64,000 nucleotides of DNA from positions 32,001 to 96,000 of IMG/VR virus record IMGVR_UViG_3300029319_000004. One strand, 5' to 3'. Of the stretch, positions 28,771-37,504 are shown in pieces. The stretch comes from a virus. Position numbers and translations under genes: made by a program. Every line of letters starts with the position of its first letter. Within the stretch, counting starts at the first letter, position 1. The notes beneath the pieces are model-generated. The model was not told the DNA's origin. It did not search any database and saw nothing but the letters and a program-made list of their open reading frames with translations.

Positions 28771-30617
28771 TGGCGATCAAAAGATACTATGCAGAGGCCG
28801 ATAATACAATAACAAATGCATTTGACACCGTGTTGTCTCAAAGAGGAACAGGATCCAATGCAGGGGCAAATGATGTTTTAGAAACATTTTCAATTTACGG
28901 CCAATACAGTACTAGCTCTACAGAGCTTTCTAGAATTCTAATAAAGTTTCCTGTTACTGGGACAACTAGTGTTAAAGCCGATAGAGATGCGTCAAACCTG
29001 CCTGCGTCTGGTAGTGTTAAATTTTATTTAAAAATGTTTAACGCTAGACATCAAGAGCAGCTGCCTGAAAATTTAATTCTTAGTATTTTTCCAGTTGCGA
29101 GGAACTGGGAAGAAGGAACAGGCATTGACCTTGTTAATCATGCTGATAAAACAAAAGATGTTATCCCTGGCTCGAATTGGGTCAATAGAACAAAAGGTGT
29201 TGCTTGGGTTCGAAATGGTGGAGATTATATTTCTGGAAGTGCAAACTCAGCAGTGTGGTCTACGGCCAGTTTTGTTACTGGATCCGAAGATCTAGAAGTT
29301 GATGTTACTGATGTGGTAGAAGAATGGATAAGCTCTACAGAAGTAAAGGCTACAGCGACAATAACCTTTACTGAAAAACCGCATGAAGCAACAACAATTA
29401 CCTTAGTTGATGGTGATGGAACATCTGCAACGTTCGAGATTGACGATAACGAAGATGGTGTTGTCGCTGGCAATATTGCCATGAACCCCGCTTCAGACGA
29501 CGCCGCAGGAATGGCTACGATTTTATTTCAAAAAGTAAATGCATCCGCATTGAAAATCACAGCGACTAACCCATCATCTGGCCAGGTTGTCTTAACACAG
29601 GATACAGCAGGGCGAGTTGGAAATACTACAATTACTTATAGTAATTCTACTAGTTGGAGCGACAATACATCAGGTACTTTACCAACAGCTTTTACCGGAG
29701 GCACCGGCGTAGTTAACTATGGTTTTGGAATCATGGTCACAAGCAGCCAGGAAGCTTATCGCGCAACGGCAGACTCTGGGTCTGAGTTGCAAAACACAGA
29801 TGGAATAACTAAGTCAACCTATACTAAAAGATTTTATTCTAGGAGTTCTGAATATTTCTTTAGAAGGCCTGTAATTGAGGCTCGCTGGGAAGATAGAATC
29901 AGTGATGACAGAAATAAGTTTTTTGCTAGTAGTTCTCTGTGCAGCACACAAAATACTCAAAGCGTCTACTTGTATAATTATATTGATGGAGTATTAACTA
30001 ACTTACCTGACGAATCAGTTACAATTAATTTTTATGCTAGCTCTGGATCATTGCCAAGTGGCTCTTCTATCGCCAATACAACAGCCACAAAAGTTAGCAC
30101 TGGAATATATCGAGCTGCTTTGGCGATAAACACTACCGAGTCAGTTTTGCATGATGTTTGGTCAGAGACTGATGGAGGAAGTGTATACCATACAGGCACA
30201 ATTTCTGTGCGAACACGAAGTGCTAGCGATTCAAATAAAATTGGTGATTTTATTAGCAATATAACAAACTTAAAAGATACATACAAAAGAACTGAAAATG
30301 CAAGAATAAAAGTTTTTGTTAGAAGAAGGAATGAGTGCCCTACTGTGTACACAGTGGCTACTAGTGTTGCAGAGGGAGAGACAATTGTTAGTGCATCGTA
30401 CTCTGTCGTAAGAGATATAGATAATAAGATAATTTTTCAGCATAGCACAGGCAGTTCAGATAGACATACATTCTTATCGTATGATAATTCTGGTAGTTAT
30501 TTTGATTTTGATATGTCGTTGCTAGAGGCTGGATATATGTATGGGTTTAAGTTTGCTTATTATGCCGCCGGAAAGTGGAGAGAGCAAGAAGAACTGTTTA
30601 AATTTAGAGTAGAATAA
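28770..30617 (+). CDS. baseplate/tail-associated structural protein with one inserted beta-sandwich module
   Basis: ADNTI...SRILIKF...NWEEGTG...GGDY...DLEVDVTDVVEEW pattern (DNRLRE-like); interrupted by a module at 29349-29702. Confidence 0.65.
   Translation: MAIKRYYAEADNTITNAFDTVLSQRGTGSNAGANDVLETFSIYGQYSTSSTELSRILIKFPVTGTTSVKADRDASNLPASGSVKFYLKMFNARHQEQLPENLILSIFPVARNWEEGTGIDLVNHADKTKDVIPGSNWVNRTKGVAWVRNGGDYISGSANSAVWSTASFVTGSEDLEVDVTDVVEEWISSTEVKATATITFTEKPHEATTITLVDGDGTSATFEIDDNEDGVVAGNIAMNPASDDAAGMATILFQKVNASALKITATNPSSGQVVLTQDTAGRVGNTTITYSNSTSWSDNTSGTLPTAFTGGTGVVNYGFGIMVTSSQEAYRATADSGSELQNTDGITKSTYTKRFYSRSSEYFFRRPVIEARWEDRISDDRNKFFASSSLCSTQNTQSVYLYNYIDGVLTNLPDESVTINFYASSGSLPSGSSIANTTATKVSTGIYRAALAINTTESVLHDVWSETDGGSVYHTGTISVRTRSASDSNKIGDFISNITNLKDTYKRTENARIKVFVRRRNECPTVYTVATSVAEGETIVSASYSVVRDIDNKIIFQHSTGSSDRHTFLSYDNSGSYFDFDMSLLEAGYMYGFKFAYYAAGKWREQEELFKFRVE
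29349..29702 (+). repeat. single copy of the ~100-120 aa ATATITF...FTGG protein module
   Basis: ATATITF-TITLVDGDG-TFEID-ATILFQKVN-ITAT-VVLTQDTAGRVGNTTIT-FTGG; same motif order as the copies in the 30639 and 37505 proteins. Confidence 0.7.
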
Positions 30618-30626
30618 TAATTACAT
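30616..30626 (+). promoter_or_regulatory. candidate late-promoter motif AATAATTACAT
   Basis: At the short junction before the 2263-aa gene; TAATTA core. Confidence 0.3.
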
Positions 30627-30638
30627 GTGGGCACTTAA

Positions 30639-33600
30639 ATGAGTACAAAAGATCTTTTTGATAAAGGCTATTCTTTAAACTTTTTAAAGAACAAGTCTCT
30701 TACGGACTACAGAGAAGATGTAGAGTCGCCCAGATATATCGATGCTTATATCAAAAAAAGAGAAAGATTTTTTCCTGATGTAAATTATGCCACTGCTTCT
30801 AATTTCGCTGCATATGGATTAGCAGAGGAATATTACAAGCAATCTATAGAAAGAATATATAAAACATATCCTTACGATGGATCTTTAGCAGAAAAATTAG
30901 AGTGGGAAAATGAAAGCACCTATTTAGATCTTTTTATTTTTGAAAACGAATACCCTAGATCAACTGGCTATATTGTTTTTAACAGCAGTTCTTACTCGTA
31001 TACAGACACCAAAACAGGCAATTTCTATAGCAGTAGCGCCCCTCAATATGTTTACTTTTATGGAAATCCTCACGCTGATGTTAGCGGAAACTTTAAAGAG
31101 CCACCAACAGCTGGCCCTTCAGGAGTCGGTGTTTCCAAAGCCAATGTTTATGAAACAGGCAGTCAAAGAACTTCTAATCTTGAAATTGATTTAGAAAAAG
31201 GGATTACAGTAGAATTTTGGCTTAAAAAAACTTCTTGGGCAACACAAAATGCAGCTGCCGAGGTTTTATTTAGTAACATAACAGACGAAACCAGTACAGA
31301 AACTAGGTTTTGGATTTCTTCTTCAAACACCGCTAAAGGAAAAATTACAGCAGAGCTATTTTCCACTCCAGTCATAGCGACTTTTGAACACGACACAGGT
31401 TTATCTGACATAGGAGATGGAGCTTGGCATCACTACGCAGTAACAGTTAAAAGATCTGGAAATACAAATGTTAGTAATTTGTATGTCGATGGAGTCCACA
31501 AATCAAAAAAAACATCTGGAGCAGGTGGTACATTTACTAACATTACTGCATCAACTGTCGCCGCTATTGGGGCGATATCAAAAGATGTTGATGGTTTTTA
31601 CGGCGCAGGATATGGAAATGTTGTTGGATGCTCCTTCGATGAATTTAGATACTGGAAAACAGAAAGGAACGCACAGCAAATTGGCAGACACTTCAGAGAT
31701 CAAATTGGCGGCGGAACAAATACAGACAACGTTAAGTATGATAAGACACACAATCCTGTAGATTTAGGAGTATATTTTAAATTTAACGAGGGAATAACTG
31801 GTGATAGTTCAATCGACTCCACAGTTTTAGATTACTCTGGTCGCATATCTAATGGAACTTTTGTAAACTATCAAAGTAGCTCATCTAGAAATACTGGATC
31901 AGCAATGGTTTCTGCTAGCGTGGCTGAGCGTGAATTTAAAGATCCTATTATATACTCGTCTCATCCAAGTGTTATTAGTCTAATACAGGAGAAAACAAGA
32001 GATGGTGCAGTGCACGATCATGAAAATGCTACTTCAATTTTCAAATCACTACCTGGATGGATAGCAGAGGAAGATGAAGAAAAATCTGGAAATTTAAAAT
32101 ATCTTATACAGATCATGTCAAGTGTTTTTGATGAGATTCAGCTTCAAGTCGGTTCTATTCCAAAATTAAAAGATATAAACTATCCATACGATGCAAAGTT
32201 TGAAAAACCATTGCCTTTTGCAGATCGTCTTTTGTCTTCCCGCGGACTCGATGCACCAGAGCTTTTTTCTGATGCATCTCTTCTAGCAAAATTTTTACAG
32301 AGGGGTGAAAAAAAGTTATTTGAAAAAAAACTATATGAGATAAAAAATACAATATATCAAAACATTTACAATAACTTAACATACATCCATAAATCAAAAG
32401 GCACAATGAAGTCAATGAGAAACCTTTTAAGGTGTTTCGGAGTTGACGAAGAGCTTGTAAAAATTAATATTTATTCAAAAAATGGCACTTATGAGTTCAA
32501 AGATAATGTATCGCACATGGCTTTACGTAAAAAATATGCAGATTTTGATGACCTAGAGACAAGATTTGGAACAACCGGTATATATTCTGGCACTTTTGCT
32601 TCTACAGTTTATCAATATTACGATTCAACTAACGCTAATTCACTTTCTTATATTCCAGCGTTAGCCGATGTATCTCATGGGCTTGCTGCTACAATTGAAG
32701 CGGAGGTTATTTTTCCAAAAAGAACTCCTCAAAGAGATGATAATTTTGGACTTTTTCCCGGCAGAGAGGTTTCTTTGTTTGGACTGCATGCAGTCGAAGC
32801 TTCAAATACTAATTTGAATTACTTGAACGACAATATTAATTTCAATGTCATAGCTGTAAAATCTAACAACGACCCCAGAAGCGTAAAATTTGCTGTTACA
32901 TCAAACTCTAACTCAAATATTCCACACATGGAAACAACTGGCACGTTTATGGGAGTTTATGATAATGAAAAATGGAATCTTGCATTTAGAATCCGACCTG
33001 TAAAACACCCGTTAGCAGACAAAGTTAATGATTCTTTAGTTCCTGCAGCATCATCATATCAAGTTGAACTTTACGGGGTAAATTATTTATCAGATCAGCT
33101 TCAGAATGAGTTTACTTTAACGCAGGTACTATCAGAAGCTAATGCGAGGGCATTTTTTAGCAAAGCAAAAAGATTATTTGTAGGTGCAAATAGAACAAAC
33201 TTTGATGGAGATTTAGTTAGAGCTTCCGATGTTAAAATATCTTCTGTCAATATGTGGTATGATTATCTTGAAGATGATGAAATTAAAGCACACGCAAGGG
33301 ACGCGAACAATGATGGACGCGCTCACCCTTACAGAAATGCAATATTTAACGAGGGCACACAAAATGATTTAATAGCTGGTGGCGACAGCGACCTACTGTG
33401 GACTTTTAGAGTACCAGAAATTGATACTTTAGTATTAAGCTGGAACTTTGAAAATGTTACAGGTTCAAATTCTGATGGTCAATTCTTAGTAAATGATATT
33501 TCATCGGGATCTGCAGAAGATAGAACTAATTTACGTTATGGAGCGTTAAGTGAGGTAAATACTTATCACTTTTCAGGTCGTGGAGACAAGTTTGTTGCAA

Positions 33601-36600
33601 ATAGCGACCAGGCTGTGGATATAGAGTTTGTTCCGACAGGCAGAACTAGACTTCCAGAGGTTATTGCTAGCGATGATATGGTAAAAATACTTAATCAACA
33701 AGATGATGTGATGTTCACCAGAGACACAACCTTCATACAGCACATTATATCTGTAGAAAAGAGCATGTATCAGTCTATTTCTGAAGAAATGTTGAGAATG
33801 TTTGCTACTGTTACTGACTTTAACAATATTGTAGGTAGTCCTGTTAACAGATATAGGATGAATTACAAGGAATTGTCAAAATTAAGAAATATTTTCTTTG
33901 AAATTGTACAAAACGAGCCAGATATTGAAAAATACATTGAATATTTTAAATGGATTGACGATGCAATATCATTATTTATCTTTCAGCTGCTTCCTGCCTC
34001 TTCAAACAAGGTAGAATTCTTAAGAACCATGGTTGAAAGCCATATTCTTGAAAGATCAAAGCATTTTAATAAGTTTCCAACCATAGAAATGTTTAATCCA
34101 GAACCAAACGAAGCTTTCAAAGGTATAAATCAGCTACTTTATAACTGGAAAATAGGCCATGCACCTCTTCAGTCGAATGGATCGGGACCAAGTCAGACAC
34201 AAAACCAGCACATGCACTCACTATGGTGGAAAGAACGTGCTGAAAGAACAGGATCCGGCGCCGTCCTTACATCAGGCGACGATAATATTGATGCTAGCAA
34301 GCACGAAATACTAAAAGTGGCCATAACAGAGACTTCAGGTAATGATAGCTTGTCATTATCGTTCGGGCCTTCTGGTTTAGACAAGGCAGATGGTAAATAT
34401 GGCGCCCAGGGGGGTACAAAGACCAAGTATTCCGCATCATATTACTCAGATCGCTCAACAAGCACTCCAGTTAGGGTAACACAAAGTTTTGTTAAGACAT
34501 ACAAATCTGGTCCAAATCCTGATTCAAATAAGATATATGATTTTTATAAGGGTGTTGTTAAGTTTGCCAGCGATAACGACTATATTTTTCTAGATAAAGA
34601 CCACGTTGTCAAACCTCTAGATTCAACTGATGTCCTCCAAGCTGAAAAAAGCTCTTCATCCGAGGGTTTTTATCTTCCAAACAAGAAAGAGTATGTTATT
34701 AAAGCCCTTACAATGACAGGAGATGAAATTTCAAGCTCAAATGCTGCTGGCACGGGAGACAGCGACTATAAATACACAGATGCTCTTAATAAACTAACAA
34801 CTCCGTTTAGTATGTTTGCAAATAAAGGCGTGGCGAACGGTGATTATACAGTATTTTACGAAAATTATTTTGAAAATGGACATCATAACAGTCAAAATGA
34901 CACAACTCGTATCGAAATAAACAACTTACACCATGACATATATCGTCCGACTTTTGAAGTTCCAATGCAGGGGCCTTTTAACAGACAACATGTTGGAGGA
35001 AACCAACACCGCCATGTTAGTTTGAACTATCGGGATTATGACTCTTTTGGTAGCTTAGGTTCTCTTGACACAAGGATGTCACGGCCGGAAGCTTGGGAGT
35101 TAGTTCATGATAAAGGTATGTCAAATTATATTATTTTGGATATGCCGTTCTCTAGGTATAATATGCCACCAGAAATGTCTGGATCAGATCCAACAACTGG
35201 TCATGTTGACGGTGGTCATGGTTTCGGAGATCCTGAGCCTCGTGATAGGTGGAGGAATGTAACTAAAAATGACAAGCTAGCTGGCTCTATTAATGGATGG
35301 CAAAGAACAACGTTTATATCAGATCCAGATTGTGGACCAGCAAATGACTCTGGCGATGGAACTACTTATTTTGCATATGCAAGACTAGAAAACGAAGAAA
35401 ACAATGCAACTAAATATTTTGGATATCGAACACCTTTAATTGATGCTCACGATGCGCATCGAGGTTTAAAAATTCAATTCTATTACCATGTAACATCAGC
35501 TCCAAATTTAGAAACTGGACGATTTTTTGTTGATTATTCTTATGATGAAGATTTTAGTGATGGCGGAACAAGCTTAACTACTACATGGGACAAAGGCGCA
35601 GCTGGTCAAGAAAGCGCAGTTGATCTTCCAAAAACTTTAGAACAAGCCTCTAAAAATGCTTCTTGGAAGTTGGCAGAAATAAATCTTAGCGCATTTATGG
35701 GGCAGAGAGTATATCTTAGATTTAATTACATAGCAGCACCACACTCATTTAATATATGTGCTATAGATCAAGTTAAAGTTTTTGCTGAAGCTGGAATATC
35801 TTCTTTACGACTACTTCATCCAACTCATGATGACCATCATCGTCCATACGCTCCATATATGCGAGAGGAGTATGCAAAACGTCCAGTTAATATTAAAAAT
35901 ATTCAGATTGGCAAGCTTAACAGTAATGGCAACTTAAATTCTTTACATGCCGGTGATTTTGGAGCACTTCAAAGGACAGTCGCCGGAAACTATCGCAATA
36001 CATATGAATATGTTAGTACTGTTAGTCGAGAGGCCAACGACCCTGCATTCAAAAAACTAGTAGAGACTTTGCCAGAATCTAGTAATCCACAAGAAGGGAT
36101 GCAAGAAATAGCATCGATGTATTTAGGATACAGTGATTCTTTTCCAGTGTTGTTTTCTTCTCAAAAAACTCAACATGGTACAGAAAATCGCTTAGCTAGA
36201 TATTTAACTGTTCATCAGATAGAGAATGGTGTTACATCTTCTTCCGAAGTTACTTCAAACGCAATTTCTGTCAACCCAGTGCCTGGAAGAGATAGAGAGG
36301 AGTTTCATAAAGGAATTGAGGCTAGATATAGGCAAAAAACAAGAATGGTTAATTTATTTTCTGCTCCAGGTGATATTTTAGATTCTTGCACTGGATTTTT
36401 AGATGAGGCGCATACAACTTATTCTGCCTATAATTGCCTTCCTTGGAGGAACTATAGGATCAGACAAAGAATGCAATCTATGCTGACAGCGCACTGTGGT
36501 AGGTTTGGCATTGGATCACACACGCAAGATGCAGTTGCTGCTAGCGGAAGCATAAAATTTAAAGACATTGCAACATTAAAATCTTATCTTGACGCGGCGC

Positions 36601-37430
36601 CTGAAAAAACTGACTTTGTCATATCCTTGACTGATGCAAGATCGAATACTATAAATATTTATTTAATGTCCTCAAAATGGGCCCCAGCCTCCCTAATTTT
36701 TTGGGAAGATAAGTATAAAGTAGCGAATATTGCTCATACCGTCGATGCGGTCGACGAGGTGGGTTTAGCTGCTGCTGTTATAGCAACTTTTAATGCCGCA
36801 AGATCAATTTTTGATAATACCGCTGCAGATGCACTCCCCGGAGCCGGCCATGCCTTTGGCATTACTGCAACTAACGCTGCTGATACTATTTCTTTCTTCC
36901 AGTCGACCCCAGGCTTTGTTGGCAATACAAATATATATATTAGACAGGTTGATCAAGCGGAAACAACAAAAATGGTTGATGTGTCCTCTGATGTAATTCA
37001 GCTTAAAAACTTTGCTGGTGGGAAAAATGCAACATCTAGAGTTTATCGATCTCAAGCTGTGGAACCACCTCAGCCCGGTGTTATAGAAAAAGCTGATTAT
37101 ACAGTCGTAAGTGCTAGCTTTCACAAGTACCACAGGAATAGAGCTGACAAGTTCTTTTTAAGCGACGCAACACAAGAAAACATGTATTATGATAAAATGC
37201 AAGAAGCCACAAGTAGTTTGTCTAAAATTGATTTTCCAACAGACATCCTAGCGCGAGGTTCAGTTTATGACAATGCTTATATTGGTCACGCAATTCCTCG
37301 CTCAGATGACCAAGTTCACTGGGTCAGAAGCGTTAATGGGTTAGTCCAGGAGCAGCTAAATTTGGAATATGAGGATAACGATCCAATATTGAAATTCTTA
37401 GACTTGATTATAGCCTATATCAAGCCGTGA
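30639..37430 (+). CDS. 2263-aa baseplate/tail-fibre protein with LamG-like and MAM-like domains
   Basis: LamG motifs ITVEFWLKK, WHHYAVTV, LYVDG and FDEFRYWKTERNAQQI; second degenerate LamG; MAM-like GPANDSGDGTTYFAY...IQFYYHV...WKLAEINL...IDQVKV; one repeat module near the C-terminus. Confidence 0.75.
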   Translation: MSTKDLFDKGYSLNFLKNKSLTDYREDVESPRYIDAYIKKRERFFPDVNYATASNFAAYGLAEEYYKQSIERIYKTYPYDGSLAEKLEWENESTYLDLFIFENEYPRSTGYIVFNSSSYSYTDTKTGNFYSSSAPQYVYFYGNPHADVSGNFKEPPTAGPSGVGVSKANVYETGSQRTSNLEIDLEKGITVEFWLKKTSWATQNAAAEVLFSNITDETSTETRFWISSSNTAKGKITAELFSTPVIATFEHDTGLSDIGDGAWHHYAVTVKRSGNTNVSNLYVDGVHKSKKTSGAGGTFTNITASTVAAIGAISKDVDGFYGAGYGNVVGCSFDEFRYWKTERNAQQIGRHFRDQIGGGTNTDNVKYDKTHNPVDLGVYFKFNEGITGDSSIDSTVLDYSGRISNGTFVNYQSSSSRNTGSAMVSASVAEREFKDPIIYSSHPSVISLIQEKTRDGAVHDHENATSIFKSLPGWIAEEDEEKSGNLKYLIQIMSSVFDEIQLQVGSIPKLKDINYPYDAKFEKPLPFADRLLSSRGLDAPELFSDASLLAKFLQRGEKKLFEKKLYEIKNTIYQNIYNNLTYIHKSKGTMKSMRNLLRCFGVDEELVKINIYSKNGTYEFKDNVSHMALRKKYADFDDLETRFGTTGIYSGTFASTVYQYYDSTNANSLSYIPALADVSHGLAATIEAEVIFPKRTPQRDDNFGLFPGREVSLFGLHAVEASNTNLNYLNDNINFNVIAVKSNNDPRSVKFAVTSNSNSNIPHMETTGTFMGVYDNEKWNLAFRIRPVKHPLADKVNDSLVPAASSYQVELYGVNYLSDQLQNEFTLTQVLSEANARAFFSKAKRLFVGANRTNFDGDLVRASDVKISSVNMWYDYLEDDEIKAHARDANNDGRAHPYRNAIFNEGTQNDLIAGGDSDLLWTFRVPEIDTLVLSWNFENVTGSNSDGQFLVNDISSGSAEDRTNLRYGALSEVNTYHFSGRGDKFVANSDQAVDIEFVPTGRTRLPEVIASDDMVKILNQQDDVMFTRDTTFIQHIISVEKSMYQSISEEMLRMFATVTDFNNIVGSPVNRYRMNYKELSKLRNIFFEIVQNEPDIEKYIEYFKWIDDAISLFIFQLLPASSNKVEFLRTMVESHILERSKHFNKFPTIEMFNPEPNEAFKGINQLLYNWKIGHAPLQSNGSGPSQTQNQHMHSLWWKERAERTGSGAVLTSGDDNIDASKHEILKVAITETSGNDSLSLSFGPSGLDKADGKYGAQGGTKTKYSASYYSDRSTSTPVRVTQSFVKTYKSGPNPDSNKIYDFYKGVVKFASDNDYIFLDKDHVVKPLDSTDVLQAEKSSSSEGFYLPNKKEYVIKALTMTGDEISSSNAAGTGDSDYKYTDALNKLTTPFSMFANKGVANGDYTVFYENYFENGHHNSQNDTTRIEINNLHHDIYRPTFEVPMQGPFNRQHVGGNQHRHVSLNYRDYDSFGSLGSLDTRMSRPEAWELVHDKGMSNYIILDMPFSRYNMPPEMSGSDPTTGHVDGGHGFGDPEPRDRWRNVTKNDKLAGSINGWQRTTFISDPDCGPANDSGDGTTYFAYARLENEENNATKYFGYRTPLIDAHDAHRGLKIQFYYHVTSAPNLETGRFFVDYSYDEDFSDGGTSLTTTWDKGAAGQESAVDLPKTLEQASKNASWKLAEINLSAFMGQRVYLRFNYIAAPHSFNICAIDQVKVFAEAGISSLRLLHPTHDDHHRPYAPYMREEYAKRPVNIKNIQIGKLNSNGNLNSLHAGDFGALQRTVAGNYRNTYEYVSTVSREANDPAFKKLVETLPESSNPQEGMQEIASMYLGYSDSFPVLFSSQKTQHGTENRLARYLTVHQIENGVTSSSEVTSNAISVNPVPGRDREEFHKGIEARYRQKTRMVNLFSAPGDILDSCTGFLDEAHTTYSAYNCLPWRNYRIRQRMQSMLTAHCGRFGIGSHTQDAVAASGSIKFKDIATLKSYLDAAPEKTDFVISLTDARSNTINIYLMSSKWAPASLIFWEDKYKVANIAHTVDAVDEVGLAAAVIATFNAARSIFDNTAADALPGAGHAFGITATNAADTISFFQSTPGFVGNTNIYIRQVDQAETTKMVDVSSDVIQLKNFAGGKNATSRVYRSQAVEPPQPGVIEKADYTVVSASFHKYHRNRADKFFLSDATQENMYYDKMQEATSSLSKIDFPTDILARGSVYDNAYIGHAIPRSDDQVHWVRSVNGLVQEQLNLEYEDNDPILKFLDLIIAYIKP
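36540..37022 (+). repeat. copy of the ASGSIKF...NFAGG module
   Basis: ASGSIKF-VISLTDARSN-LAAAVIATFN-ITATN-ISFFQSTPGFVGNTNIYI-NFAGG. Confidence 0.6.
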
Positions 37431-37438
37431 GGATCATA

Positions 37439-37481
37439 ATACTTTAACTTAAGGTATATTTGTTATATAATCTAATTATTT
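37439..37481 (+). promoter_or_regulatory. regulatory region: imperfect palindrome, sigma70-like TTTAAC-N17-TATAAT, and late-type motif TCTAATTATTT
   Basis: ATACTTTAA-C-TTAAGGTAT (37439-37457); TTTAAC 37443-37448; TATAAT 37466-37471; motif 37471-37481; all in the 74-bp gap between two giant genes. Confidence 0.4.
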
Positions 37482-37504
37482 AAGAATACCCACAAAGGTG
37501 AAAA

